Made by a program: the position numbers and the translations under genes. DNA of 64,000 nt from positions 1 through 64,000 of the forward strand of contig JAUCBJ010007113.1 in the NCBI GenBank assembly GCA_032718475.1, given 5' to 3'. The stretch's first letter is position 1, and each line of letters begins with the position of its first letter. This document shows positions 12,241 through 26,295 of the stretch, piece by piece. This DNA comes from Nemertoderma westbladi (lineage: Eukaryota > Animalia > Xenacoelomorpha). The notes below the pieces were generated by a model. The model had not been told where the DNA came from and ran no database searches. It saw only the letters and a list, made by a program, of their open reading frames with translations.

Positions 12241-15200
12241 TAATTATTATTATTCCAAGCTACAATACTAAGCTCCAACGAATCAGTATCAGTCTTGTGA
12301 GAAACTCTGTATCAACCCTCGATCCAAAACCACGTGCCGTAAGGGACATTGATGCCGAGAAGTTGGCACATGTGATCCACAATAATAATTTTACACAAGC
12401 TCTTCACACTGGAGTGGATGCCTGCAATTTTATCTCCAATGCGATTCACAGATCAGCAAAAGTTCACCCTCAGCGTGCTTCAAAGCCCTGGTTTGATTGC
12501 TCTTGATTTATACTACATAAAGATCTAAAAACTATGAAGCATAAACTTAACGATAATCCATCCCTGAATGATTTCCTTACCCATAGTAAGCTACAAAAGG
12601 AACTTAAAGTGACCATATCTGAAAAAAACGACTACATGAAGCTTATCAGGGAAGATGACCAAAAACCTTGGAACCTTCTAAAAGCGAAAAAAGAGTCACC
12701 GATTGCTGCCCAAGTATCACCTGAATGCTGGGTCTCACACTTTGAGAATCTCCTGTCTCGTTCTAAGTGGCCGTGTTACCGCCCATTCCAGAAATCGCGG
12801 GGTCTGAACTTGATTGTACTATCACCCAAGCAGAAATAACTGAATCAGTTGTAAGTCAGAAGAACAACAAAGCAGCTGGTTTAGATGGCATTACTACTGA
12901 ATCTTTAAAGGCCGGTTTTGGACACTTACTGGTTCTTCTCTGGAGCCTCTTCACTGTCTGTTTTCGAACTGCAACTTGCCCTGTTTCATGGCTGATGTCA
13001 ATAATTTTCCCACTTTACAAGGGAAAAGGTGCTAAATCATCCCCTGACTTCTACCGAGGGAATTCCCTTGGTTTCTTGCTTGTTAAAAACTTACACTGCT
13101 ATACTCTTTAAGACTATACAACTGGGCTGAGACCCATAATATTCTCCCGGACGAGCAGTATGGGTTAAGAAAAAGAAGATCTACTCTGATGGCAGTGGGT
13201 TCCCTCTATAAACGGATCAAATCTGCCCTAGCTTCCAAGGGAGGTCGCTTATATGTAGTAGTAGACTTCACCAAGGCCTTCGATTCGGTCGACAGGGTAA
13301 AGCTCTGCTTAAAACTTTCCGGCCTTGGAGTGAGCTCAATTTTTAGTCTTGTTCTATGGTCCCTCATTGCGGTTAACACGATCCGAATCTGTATGGTAGC
13401 CACCTATCCAGCCCCATCCAACAGATGGTAGGGTTGATACAGGGTGACAAATTATCACCACTTTTATTTAGCCTGCCCGCGGCTCTATGTGGCGTGATCA
13501 TTGGTATTGTTATTCTCCTGTATGCCGATGATCTTGCTATCTCGTGATCCGCTTAGTGATCCGCTCTCATTGGGTAAACTTTCTGGAAAACGCCACCGAA
13601 TAGCGGCACAATATATCTCGAACGCGTACTACCACAAGGTCTGTGCGAGTTAAAACTGTTGGAGGGGATCCGAGACCCATCTGTCGTTGTCGATTCTGTC
13701 TCGACCCCGATCATATCACCATTGAGCATGCGGCTCATTGTAAGGCACTGAACGAACTCGTTAATGAGGCTGAACCCCAGGCCAATTACAACCCTCTTCG
13801 CCGTGCTTTCTACCTGTCGAAATTATAGGTAGTTCTCACGACATTGATTGAACGATCGATTTACTTCGATTCTTTAAATATTAATATTTTTTATTTGAAT
13901 GTACCGGTATATAATATTTTAATATAAATTTTATAATTTTAGTGCTAATTTTTATCACCAAATGTTTTGGTAAATAAAGTCTCCATCATCAATGTGTTTA
14001 ATGTTTAATTTGCGTTCCAAATTAATCTGATCATGCATTCCTTATATTCATGAATTCTCATTTCGTTTATAAAAGAAGTCCGAATATTCACTCTTTAAAC
14101 CCTATTAATACTGGGCTATAATATGTTGTACAAATACCGTAGGGGGTGGGGCTCATATTGAGCCCCCCCCCCCCCCCCCCCCCCACCCCCCCGCTCCCCT
14201 TCTAAAATCTATAAATTTCAAAGAAAACATCTGATTTTTTTGTTTGTAGAATTCACTATTCTGAATCAGACCGAAAACAAATGTTATGGAAAAAATGTGT
14301 GGTTTTTTTGCAGCACCAAAATTTAAAGTGGAACAATTTTCAAAAAATATGAAAGTTACAATTATCACCTAATCTTTTTTAATATAGGTTTCTGGGGCGC
14401 TGAATCCATTGGGAGATATTTAAAAATAATCTGGTTAATATAAATTATAGTTTTAGTCCTCTATGTTGGCAAGAAATTAAAAATACAAGTAACCAGAACT
14501 TTTCATTTTGAAAACAAATGACAGCTGGTAGTTAGCTAGTTAGTTCGTAATAGATCTCAGGCTATATTCAATGCAATGATGGCCTTACAGTATTGTAAAC
14601 TATTATTAACTTTGTCCATAGTTTATATTGCTCATGCAATGTTCCTGCATACAAGAGTAACGATAATGGATAGACCAGTAGTACACTCCACTCTGAGAAA
14701 TTATATATTTATTCCATATCATCTCCGATGTAGTCGTGACTTGCATAAATGCCACATCTAATTTTTCGATATAATTAGTATGGCGATTGTAAGAATGTGG
14801 ACAATGGTTGCTGGAATTTACTGGGTATGCGACTGAAATCAGCATGGGAGTGATAATTGGGAGGCGCTTGGAATAACTAATGGAGGATTGTGTCTACAGG
14901 TATTCAGCTTGGCACGGACATTTAAAGGATATTTACTATGAAGGAAAATTAAGTATAAATAATAAAAAAAATAAATTACAAACAAATAATTTCGAACATC
15001 GAATTTGGAATATTGAGGCGAAAATGGGCTTCTACCTACGTACTAATGTCATAACGTTCCACGTACACGAACACGTAAAGTTACATGAACATGAAGTTCG
15101 TTAAAATGGAGGCCTTTTTGGGCAGAACAATGCAATTTCATATTTCGTAACATAGTATTTTTTCCCACCTATTTATCTTCTAGCCAGCGTTATGAAACCA

Positions 15201-15632
15201 ACTGAAAACTTTCAGTTTGCAATGGACAACTACTAGCCAATTATGGCATATCAAGAAATATCAGGCAGAAAAGATGTCCAAGCTAGCCAAATACAGGTAA
15301 CAAACTCGCTGCAAAAAAATAATTAATTTTATATGTATTCTAAACTGACAATGCAATGAATCTAAGGAACCACCACATAGTGACTAACTTTTATGACAAT
15401 TGACATAGCTGCCACACAAGCCAAATCTGAATTCTCGCTGGTGATGATAATGCATACCGGTAGTCATAGTGGCATATGGCATGTTATTGAATTAATAAGC
15501 AAAATTAACTTTAACTCTCCAAAACTTTATTATCCTCTCTCTACTACTAGGATCGGCATGCTGCATTGCAGCTGCATTTTTAGGAATGCTGTGCCGGCTT
15601 GTCAACAAAATTGCACCGCCACAACTCCCTAT

Positions 15633-15733
15633 CACCCATGACATTTGCTAGATCATCCGCATCTTTAAGGACTGTGTCCTTTAAGATGCGTCTCAAGAAA
15701 GTCATGGGCTGTCCACCATGCTTATTCACTCCA
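15633..15733 (-). mobile_element. Short 3' fragment of a second RTE-like family
   Basis: Near-identical to 26877-26976. Confidence 0.6.
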
Positions 15734-15958
15734 ATCGCTCCACTATGATTTATCATCTCTCCCCATTAGTATAACAGTGATGAAAATGAGTTGTAGGGCT
15801 TGGGTACAATTGCAAACCTTCAAATTTACTATGAAATCGGATACAACCCCCATCCCGATTCTACTTGAATTCTTTTGAACGCTATATGGTCTCCAATAAC
15901 TGTCTAGTTTCTAATTGAATATAATAAATTTCCTTCAACATATTATTTTATTTGTCAG

Positions 15959-16186
15959 CTATAACGCAAAATAATACCGTACGTGATAGATTATGCAAAG
16001 TAAACGAGTTGATTATTGTTTGAAGTAGTTCCATTGGGTTATCAATAAAAGTAGGGCGTGGCTCTCCCCTAGAAAGCTAAGAAATTCAGCCAGTTGTAAT
16101 GATTCATTTAATTCTAGTAAGCGGCCAAGCTTTGAAGTGCCTTGTACATTAACAAGAAAATGGAAAGGGGACGTGCTCCAAGAAAG
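15959..16186 (+). pseudogene. Candidate decayed exon whose 3' end and donor seed array 1
   Basis: TTTTATTTGTCAG acceptor and AAG|GTAACT donor, 228 nt. One frame has four stops (TAA, TGA, TAG, TAG; all one C>T from sense codons), then ~52 open codons FHWVINKS...KWKGDVLQE. Confidence 0.35.
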
Positions 16187-19100
16187 GTAACTGTTTTTTA
16201 TTATCACGGAAAGGGGACGTGCTCCAAGAGAGGTAAATTTTTTTTTTTAACACGGAAAGGGGACGTGCTCCAAGAGAGGTAACTGTTTTTTATTAACACG
16301 GAAAGGGGACGTGCTCCAAGAGAGGTAAGCTGTTTTTTATTAACACGGAAAGGGGACGTGCTCCAAGAGAGGTAACTGTTTTTTATTAACACGGAAAGGG
16401 GATGTGATCCAAGAGAGGTAACTGTTTTTTATATTAACACGGAAAGGGGACGTGCTCCAAGAGAGGTAACTGTTTTTTATTAATACGGAAAGGGGACGTG
16501 CTCCTAGAGAGGTAAGCTGTTTTTTATTAACACGGAAAGGGGACATGCTCCTAGAGAGGTAAGCTGTTTTTTATTAACACGGAAAGGGGACGTGCTCCTA
16601 GAGAGGTAAGCTGTTTTTTATTAACACGGAAAGGGGACGTGCTCCAAGAGAGGTAACTGTTTTTTATTATCACGGAAAGGGGACGTGCTCCAAGAGAGGT
16701 AACTGTTTTTTATTAACACGGAAAGGGGATGTGATCCAAGAGAGGTAACTGTTTTTTATATTAACACGGAAAGGGGACGTGCTCCAAGAGAGGTAACTGT
16801 TTTTTATTAATACGGAAAGGGGACGTGCTCCTAGAGAGGTAAGCTGTTTTTTATTAACACGGAAAGGGGACGTGCTCCAAGAGAGGTAAGCTGTTTTTTA
16901 TTAACACGGAAAGGGGACGTGCTCCAAGAGAGGTAACTGTTTTTTATTAACACGGAAAGGGGATGTGATCCAAGAGAGGTAACTGTTTTTTATATTAACA
17001 CGGAAAGGGGACGTGCTCCAAGAGAGGTAACTGTTTTTTATTAATACGGAAAGGGGACGTGCTCCTAGAGAGGTAAGCTGTTTTTTATTAACACGGAAAG
17101 GGGACATGCTCCTAGAGAGGTAACTGTTTTTTATTAACACGGAAAGGGGACGTGCTCCTAGAGAGGTAACTGTTTTTTATTATCACGGAAAGGGGACGTG
17201 CTCCTAGAGAGGTAAGCTGTTTTTTTATCAACACGGAAAGGGGACATGCTCCAAGAGAGGTAAGCTGTTTTTTATATTAACACGGAAAGGGGACGTGCTC
17301 CAAGAGAGGTAGCTGTTTTTTATTAACACGGAAAGGGGACGTGCTCCTAGAGAGGTAACTGTTTTTTATTATCACGGAAAGGGGACGTGCTCCTAGAGAG
17401 GTAAGCTGTTTTTTATTAACACGGAAAGGGGACATGCTCCTAGAGAGGTAAGCTGTTTTTTATTAACACGGAAAGGGGATGTGCTCCAAGAGAGGTAACT
17501 GTTTTTTATTAACACGGAAAGGGGACGTGCTCCTAGAGAGGTAACTGTTTTTTATTATCACGGAAAGGGGACGTGCTCCTAGAGAGGTAAGCTGTTTTTT
17601 ATTAACACGGAAAGGGGACATGCTCCTAGAGAGGTAAGCTGTTTTTTATTAACACGGAAAGGGGACATGCTCCTAGAGAGGTAAGCTGTTTTTTATTAAC
17701 ACAGAAAGGGGATGTGCTCCAAGAGAGGTAACTGTTTTTTATTAACACGGAAAGGGGACGTGCTCCAAGAGAGGTAACTGTTTTTTATTAACACGGAAAG
17801 GGGACGTGCTCCAAGAGAGGTAACTGTTTTTTATTAATACGGAAAGGGGACGTGCTCCTAGAGAGGTAACTGTTTTTTATTAATACGGAAAGGGGACGTG
17901 CTCCTAGAGAGGTAAGCTGTTTTTTATTAACACGGAAAGGGGACATGCTCCTAGAGAGGTAAGCTGTTTTTTATTAACACGGAAAGGGGACGTGCTCCAA
18001 GAGAGGTAACTGTTTTTTATTAATACGGAAAGGGGACGTGCTCCTAGAGAGGTAAGCTGTTTTTTATTAACACGGAAAGGGGACATGCTCCTAGAGAGGT
18101 AAGCTGTTTTTTATTAACACGGAAAGGGGACGTGCTCCAAGAGAGGTAACTGTTTTTTATTATCACGGAAAGGGGACGTGCTCCAAGAGAGGTAAGCTGT
18201 TTTTTAATAACACGGAAAGGGGATGTGCTCCAAGAGAGGTAACTGTTTTTTATTAACACGGAAAGGGGACGTGCTCCAAGAGAGGTAACTGTTTTTTATT
18301 AACACGGAAAGGGGACGTGCTCCAAGAGAGGTAACTGTTTTTTATTAACACGGAAAGGGGACGTGCTCCAAGAGAGGTGAGCTGTTTTTTTATCAACACG
18401 GAAAGGGGACGTGCTCCAAGAGAGGTAACAGTTTTTTATTAACGCGGAAAGGGGACGTGCTCCAAGAGAGGTAACTGTTTTTTATTAACACGGAAAGGGG
18501 ACGTGCTCCAAGAGAGGTGAGCTGTTTTTTTATCAACACGGAAAGGGGACGTGCTCCAAGAGAGGTAACTGTTTTTTATTAACACGGAAAGGGGACGTGC
18601 TCCAAGAGAGGTAAGCTGTTTTTTATTAACACAGAAATGGGACGTGCTCCAAGAGAGGTAACTGTTTTTTATTAACACGGAAAGGGGACGTGCTCCAAGA
18701 GAGGTGAGCTGTTTTTTTATCAACACGGAAAGGGGATGTGCTCCAAGAGAGGTGACTGTTTTTTATTAACACGGAAAGGGGACGTGCTCCAAGAGAGGTA
18801 AGCTGTTTTTTATTAACACAGAAATGGGACGTGCTCCAAGAGAGGTGACTGTTTTTTATTAACACGGAAAGGGGACGTGCTCCAAGAGAGGTAAGCTGTT
18901 TTTTATTAACACAGAAATGGGACGTGCTCCAAGAGAGGTAACTGTTTTTTATTAACACGGAAAGGGGACGTGCTCCAAGAGAGGTGAGCTGTTTTTTTAT
19001 CAACACGGAAAGGGGACGTGCTCCAAGAGAGGTAAGCTGTTTTTTATTAACACGGAAAGGGGACGTGCTCCAAGAGAGGAAAGCTGTTTTTTATTAACAC

Positions 19101-21443
19101 GGAAAGGGGACGTGCTCCAAGAGAGCTAAGCTGTTTTTTATATTAACACGGAAAGGGGACGTGCTCCAAGAGAGGAAAGCTGTTTTCTATTAACATGGAA
19201 AGGGGACGTGCTCCAAGAGAGGTAACTGCCTTTTATTAACACAGAATGGGGACGTGCTCCAAGAGAGGTAACTGTTTTTTATTAACATGGAAAGGGACGT
19301 GCTCCAAGAGAGTTAACTGTTTTTTATTAACACGGAAAGGGGACATGCTCCAAGAGAGGTAACTGTTTTTTATTAATACGGAAAGGGGAAGTGCTCCAAG
19401 AGAGGTAACTGTTTTTTATTAACACGGAAATGGGACGTGCTCCAAGAAAGGTAACTGTTTTTTATTAACACGGAAAGGGGACATGCTCCTAGAGAGGTAA
19501 GCTGTTTTTTATTAACACGGAAAGGGGACGTGCTCCAAGAAAGGTAACTGTTTTTTATTAACACGGAAAGGGGACATGCTCCTAGAGAGGTAAGCTGTTT
19601 TTTATTAACACGGAAAGGGGACGTGCTCCAAGAAAGGTAGCTGTTTTTTATTAACACGGAAAGGGGACGTGCTCCAAGAAAGGTAACTGTTTTTTATTAA
19701 CACGGAAAGGGGATGTGCTCCAAGAGAGGTAACTGTTTTTTATTAACACGGAAAGGGGACGTGCTCCAAGAGAGGTAACTGTTTTTTATTAATACGGAAA
19801 TGGGAAGTGCTCCAAGAAAGGTAACTGTTTTTTATTAACACGGAAAGGGGACATGCTCCTAGAGAGGTAAGCTGTTTTTTATTAACACGGAAAGGGGACG
19901 TGCTCCAAGAGAGGTAACTGTTTTTTATTAACACGGAAAGGGGACATGCTCCTAGAGAGGTAAGCTGTTTTTTATTAACACGGAAAGGGGACATGCTCCT
20001 AGAGAGGTAAGCTGTTTTTTATTTACACGGAAAGGGGACGTGCTCCAAGAAAGGTAACTGTTTTTTATTTACACGGAAAGGGGACATGCTCCTAGAGAGG
20101 TAAGCTGTTTTTTATTAACACGGAAAGGGGACGTGCTCCAAGAAAGGTAAGCTGTTTTTTATTAACACGGAAAGGGGACGTGCTCCAAGAGAGGTAACTG
20201 TTTTTTATTAATACGGAAATGGGAAGTGCTCCAAGAAAGGTAACTGTTTTTTATTAACACGGAAAGGGGACATGCTCCTAGAGAGGTAAGCTGTTTTTTA
20301 TTAACACGGAAAGGGGACATGCTCCTAGAGAGGTAAGCTGTTTTTTATTTACACGGAAAGGGGACGTGCTCCAAGAAAGGTAACTGTTTTTTATTTACAC
20401 GGAAAGGGGACATGCTCCTAGAGAGGTAAGCTGTTTTTTATTAACACGGAAAGGGGACGTGCTCCAAGAAAGGTAAGCTGTTTTTTATTAACACGGAAAG
20501 GGGACGTGCTCCAAGAGAGGTAACTGTTTTTTATTAATACGGAAATGGGAAGTGCTCCAAGAAAGGTAACTGTTTTTTATTAACACGGAAAGGGGACATG
20601 CTCCTAGAGAGGTAAGCTGTTTTTTATTAACACGGAAAGGGGACGTGCTCCAAGAGAGGTAACTGTTTTTTATTAATACGGAAAGGGGACGTGCTCCTAG
20701 AGAGGTAAGCTGTTTTTTATTAACACGGAAAGGGGACGTGCTCCAAGAGAGGTAAGCTGTTTTTTATTAACACGGAAAGGGGACGTGCTCCAAGAGAGCT
20801 AACTGTTTTTTATTAACACAGAAATGGGACGTGCTCCAAGAGAGGTAACAGTTTTTTATTAACACGGAAAGGGGACGTTCTCCAAGAAAGGTAACTGTTT
20901 TTTATTAACACGGAAAGGGGACGTACTCCAAGAGAGGTAAGCTTTTTATATTAACACGGAAAGAGGACGTGCTCCAAGAGAGGTAACAGTTTTTTATTAA
21001 CACGGAAAGGGGACGTTCTCCAAGAAAGGTAACTGTTTTTTATTAACACGGAAAGGGGACATGCTCCTAGAGAGGTAAGCTGTTTTTTATTAACACGGAA
21101 AGGGGGCGTGCTCCAAGAAAGGTAACTGTTTTTTATTAACACGGAAAGGGGACATGCTCCAAGAGAGGTAACTGTTTTTTATTAATACGGAAAAGGGAGG
21201 TGCTCCAAGAGAGGTAACTGATTTTTATTAATACGGAAAGGGGACGTGCTCCTAGAGAGGTAAGCTGTTTTTTATTAACACGGAAAGGGGACGTGCTCCA
21301 AGAGAGGTGAGCTGTTTTTTATTAACGCGGAAAGGGGACGTGCTCCAAGAGAGGTAACTGTTTTTTATTAACATGGAAAGGGGACGTGCTCCAAGAGAGG
21401 TGAGCTGTTTTTTATTAACACGGAAAGGGGACGTGCTCCAAGA
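16162..21443. repeat. Tandem array 1, 46/47-bp unit, ~114 copies
   Basis: Unit GGAAAGGGGACGTGCTCCAAGAGAGGTAA(G)CTGTTTTTTATTAACAC; no spacers. Confidence 0.98.
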
Positions 21444-23163
21444 GCTTTGATCCGGTATTTATACGAAATCTTGTGACCTTCATCACAATCGTTGTAAGAA
21501 AATAAATAAACATTTAATTATTTATTCATACATATAACATATATGTATATTATTCGTATATATAAAATATATATATATATTGGATGGAATATTCCACCTC
21601 TGTCCACAATAACGTGTAACACCACGTTCGTACCGAAACATTTAAACATAAAAATGTTAAACATTGAACTGCGATCAAAGGAATTGTTAATTGTACGATA
21701 ATAAATTTGTAATAAAATTAATATCATGACAACTGCTATTGTCTATAGATAAATAGGATTGTGGTACTTAATTATGGCCCTTTCTGAATCCGTGGAGCTA
21801 CTAAACACTGACTGTTTTACCGCCTAACTATATTGTACCAGTCGCATCGCAAATATTCTTGAACATTGGTACCTACAGAAATAGGACCATGCAAGAATTC
21901 GAAATCTGTAAACACATCTGAAACACGGTGAGAATTACTAAGTTTTGAAAATTGAATATTTTAGCATTCGAGTTAGAGTCATGCTAATTAATTCTAATCA
22001 AACATTATATAATTATAGATACGCCCCCCAATCGAGGCAAACGAATAATCAAACATTATAGAATGTAATCTTCTTTGTAATTAATTGTTTTAGTGTTCTC
22101 GATTACTTGGATTTAAAGTAGATTTGTTTTTTTGTAAGATTTGGAGTTTAACGCAAATAATATATACAACTCATTTTCAAACTGATTCTATAATCTATGA
22201 CATTTACTATGAGATGAAATAGTCGAAATCAGTTTAGCGGAATGTCCATAAACTGCCTCCGGGCATGTAAGCGGATCTGACACAGACGAAAGAACTCGAA
22301 ATACGATATCACTTAAGGAAAATTATCAATTACATACCCATGACAATTATACTATCTTAGTTGATTATACCCTTACCCCACAATACCCACCGGGGTAAAT
22401 TCAACTCAATTATTCCGTTGCCTCCCCCGAATTTCAGTGGAGGCAACTGGAATTACCTTTTTTAATATTCAGAACGCGTAGTTGTTCATGTCCGCAAAGG
22501 GAATTTTAAAATACGTGTCCATCCAATACGTGCAGATCCATTACTGGTACGTCTACCCAAACAATGGTCCGCAGATGTTTATGGCTACTCAGCCTACTTA
22601 TCTTGCTCTGGGGTCTGATGATAGAGTCTGAACGCCAGTGTCGCCGAGATGAGCCCATCATATCAAACTTATACAAATTCTACAACGTCAACATAAATGA
22701 TGATTGAAATTCCCACCAAAAGAGTTCATTGGTGGATAAGAATGTATTATGACTGCATGTGCAATACAATATAAGATACATAGCAGTGTGATTGACCATA
22801 CGAATAAATTATATGCAGACGACTACAAAGTAAACGATTAATATTTATTAATAAGATTATTTTACCCGAGACTCACCTCGTCTCGAACAATACAAAAAGC
22901 GCCGTTCATGTGATAGTCAAAGAAAGACAATTAAATTAACTATTAAACATGTAAAATGTATAACAGGTACAGAAATCAAGTGGCACATGCGTTTATGCTT
23001 TTTCTGCAATAAATATGAATTAACATTACATTCACTATTCAGTGGAAATATTAATAAAGACTAGGAAGGAGACTAGTTGGAAAATTAATATAGAGTAGTG
23101 GGTGAATGTTTGCATGCGCATTCTCATTTTGTACACAGACATGCAGACATCTCCATCACTCAC

Positions 23164-23310
23164 CATCCCCCAACCCGCTGCTAATGCGTTTGACCACAAT
23201 CTGACTCCCAGATGCGCTTCGTTCCTTCAATTTATTCCATTGTTCCACATCGCGCCCGTTGTCCGACCCACTGGAGGAATCTCTATCCGCTGCCATTAAT
23301 CCTTTAAATT
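23164..23310 (-). CDS. SYT14: Synaptotagmin-14-like, third coding exon (linker region)
   Basis: TTGTAG acceptor, G|GTGAGT donor, 147 nt, phase 1-1. Open frame EFKGLMAADRDSSSGSDNGRDVEQWNKLKERS...GLGD joins in phase to the TM exon; the Ser/acidic patch resembles the SYT14 linker. Confidence 0.65.
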
Positions 23311-23714
23311 CTACAATGAGGATGTCAGGTCAGAATATTTTTGTAATTACATGTTACATTAATTCATTGTACTTCACTATACTACAGCAAACAACTACTG
23401 AGCTCGCGTTGCCAAATGAATGTCAAATAATGCGTACGCATTCACTGTGCTTACTTGCACACATTTAGTTGCAAACTATACGTCACGATTCCGAATATAT
23501 TATATTTTCGTATCATAAACCATTAGCTAATTAGCATATACGCCCTTACCCCTCTCTGGTTGACTTTGATGATGAATACTCCATAAACACGAAGGCGAGG
23601 CCGCACTGTGGAGGTGCTAATCAGACAAACATGTTTACACTAATTTCTTGACAGAACTTTATTCACCTACTTAAAGTGATTGGTAAGTACCTATGGTTAC
23701 TAAATGGTGCAGTA

Positions 23715-24080
23715 GTACATCAGATAAGCATTGCATCAGCTAAGCACTGCATCAACTAAGCACTGCAACAGCTAAGCACTACATCACCACTGCAACAGCT
23801 AAAAACTGCATCAGCTAGGCACTAGATCAGCTAAGAATTGCATCAGCTAAGCACTAGATCAGCTAAGAACTGCATCAGCTAAGAAAAGGCATCAGCTAAG
23901 CACTGCATCAGCTAAGACCTGTATCAGCTTAGCACCGCACCAGCTAAGAACTGCATCAGCTAAGCACTACATCACCACTACAACAGGGAACAGCTAAGAA
24001 CTGTATCAGCTAAGTGCTGTACTAGATCAGTAGTGTATGAGCTAAGCAGTGCATCAGCTATGTACTACATCAGATAAGGA
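23715..24080. repeat. Degenerate 16-bp minisatellite (GCTAAGCACTGCATCA)
   Basis: About 20 diverged copies read directly. Confidence 0.85.
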
Positions 24081-25253
24081 CTGCATAATTTATGCACAAC
24101 ATAACCTAAGTCCTGTAATCTGTTAAAAACTAGTTGGCTAAACAGTTAGTGGTGAAATGGACACAGAATGCAGGACTGATGATGAAGTATAAAATAGATA
24201 ATAGCAATAGCCTGAGCATCAAATTATGAGTCAATGACACAAAATAACTGCAAACAGTAAATATTTTTTGAAAAGGGAAAACTTTATTTAATTAAATTTA
24301 AAACATGAAGGGAAAGAAACAGGTTAAGGTGTCAGTGTTTTCTAACAATAACACTTTCAAATTAACCACTGTAACAAAATAAAACGTTATTTCATATGCG
24401 ACCAATTAACGCTGGATATAATTTTTTTATTTGTGATCAATGTGCACCGCTATCTGCATATTATAGAATGTTATTACAAGTTATGATAATTTGCAGTATT
24501 GATTATTTTATGGCTGGTTTCGTTACCTACTGCCGCATGGGATTTCCAATATTGTGTGCTACAACTGGGGCAGCTGCCGTCCTTGGTCAGGTGCTACTGG
24601 GATGGTGTACTGTCTGTGTGAACGTGGTACACATTCAATGACGATGGACTTACTTATACATATACACAGTACCGATATTAATAGGACTCAATCACATTGT
24701 CCACACGCCTTCTCAGAACGTTGGCTGCCCCATACGAAACTTATTTATTAATATAATGCCCTAAGTTGATTCACCTGAGTGCGTATATTCACGGTTTATG
24801 AGTAGGGAGCCAATGTTCCAGGCTTGATATCCCTACTAGATCAATGGTTCCTACTAGAGATCAGAATTAATGCACAGTTTTTTCATAACCTCAACCACTG
24901 AAACCTTACAAGTGATCTGTAGGTTTTACCCCAACCAAGTGCGCTTTCTTAAGAAACTAAAGCTAATACTGTAGGGCGACTTTAAAGTGAAGTTTCCAAA
25001 GTATAAGAAGAGGAATGAAGAATTGTGTGAGGTGGGGGCGAAGTATAGGCCAACCTTCCCGACCACCCGAGGAAGCAGCACCTATTGCTTGCGCCATCAT
25101 TCTCTCGTCTTGGCAGTCGATTATAAAACATTCCAAGCTTTATTTGTATAACAGGCAGTAATCAGTAAATGAGGCCCATTTGATCTAAGTATACCAGACT
25201 TTCTGCTGTTCACTTTGCAGGTTGCTCATCCCATGTGAAGAATACCAGGTTTT

Positions 25254-25487
25254 GTCAAAGGTGGTGGTGGATCGATCTTTAGGGTGATCAAAGGAAACAG
25301 TTATTGCCAATATTTCAACCCAATATGTATTTAAATACAATTAACAGGCCTTGAACAGGGCATAGCTCGTACATACAAACTAACTACTAAAACCACTAAA
25401 CACTACTTCCTATCAGCACTACTTCAAACTATCTGACTAAAAATTGTTTCCTTTGATCACCTCTAAAGATCCACCACCTCCTTTGAC
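25254..25487. mobile_element. Small MITE-like inverted-repeat element
   Basis: GTCAAAGGTGGTGGTGGATC..GTGATCAAAGGAAACA is mirrored by TGTTTCCTTTGATCAC..GATCCACCACCTCCTTTGAC. Confidence 0.6.
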
Positions 25488-26103
25488 TACTCTATGTGAC
25501 CTGGGCGAGGAACTATCTTTGGAATACCAGGTTTTCACTGAAACCACAGGTTACAGAAGGGTGGAATGGAATCTAACCAAAACAATATTGCAAACCAAAA
25601 TTTATTACGTAAACAACAATACGAATTAGTATCTGTATAGGTTATAAGACAGAAATAAGCCCTAATATAACTTATATGGAGAAGAAAAAAAATACAAATT
25701 CTTAATATATAAAATTACAATAAAATTTCGACAAATGTGAATACGTGGCCTTCTTCACATGGCTGGTAATCAATCCGGTAAATATCTCGAATTTCACGAC
25801 TTCTAAATATTTATGTACAAAATCCATGTTACTAAAACCGCAAACTGATTTATTTTTTTGATTTAATTTTACAGAAGTAATAATGATAATGTGCTTTGAT
25901 TATATTTTATATGCTTTGTTGATGTGCGGGGTGATTTCCTGAGAAAATTTAAGAATTATTGTTTCTTGTTTATGCTTATTATAAAACTAGCTTTGTTAGT
26001 ATACATATAATCCAGTTCCCCGGTTAATTTGCTAATAATTAATGTTTGCCAATAATTAATGTTTGCTAATGATTAATGTTTGCTAATAATTAATGCTACC
26101 TAC

Positions 26104-26295
26104 CATCTCTGTTGATAGGTAGACTGTCGGCACTTCTGCTGTTGGTACGATTCTTCTTGGATAGGAAGGCTTTGTGGCAGCAGTCATCCTTACAGTTCTT
26201 GAAACAGAGCTTTTTATTTAGGTACAGGAATAGGATAACCAAGAGTATGGTAAGTACAATAATGACAGAGAGGAAGATGACAGCTTGAATCGGAA
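26104..26295 (-). CDS. SYT14: Synaptotagmin-14-like transmembrane exon
   Basis: TTTTTTATTTCAG acceptor, G|GTAGGT donor, 192 nt. Encodes PIQAVIFLSVIIVLTILLVILFLYLNKKLCFKNC, matching the recalled SYT14 TM signature (PEAVGFLS...LFLYINKKFCF). Confidence 0.78.

Larger units (their letters stand above)
10636..13992 (+). mobile_element. Decayed non-LTR retrotransposon (APE + RT + C-terminal Cys/His motif), multiply frameshifted
   Basis: ISWNVEGL and LLCETF (APE); KAAGLDGI, VDFTKAFDSVDR, QGDKLSPLLF and LYADDL (RT); CRFC..EHAAHC; AATAAA and short CAT-repeat tail near 13973-13992. Confidence 0.85.

Noticed and set aside
14094-14420. piggyBac-like end (TTAAACCCT...) with a poly-C tract
   Set aside because: Only one end was found; insufficient to call an element.
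16204-21142. Many 60-126 aa ORFs in array 1
   Set aside because: By-products of a repeat unit whose length is not a multiple of 3; no coding signal.
22456-22913. Further minus-strand exon-like segments
   Set aside because: Good donors, but phases and stops are incompatible with the SYT14 chain and no motif is recognised.
23550-23616. Extra SYT14 exon (acceptor plus GTAAG donor)
   Set aside because: Its length is not a multiple of 3, so it cannot sit between two phase-1 junctions.
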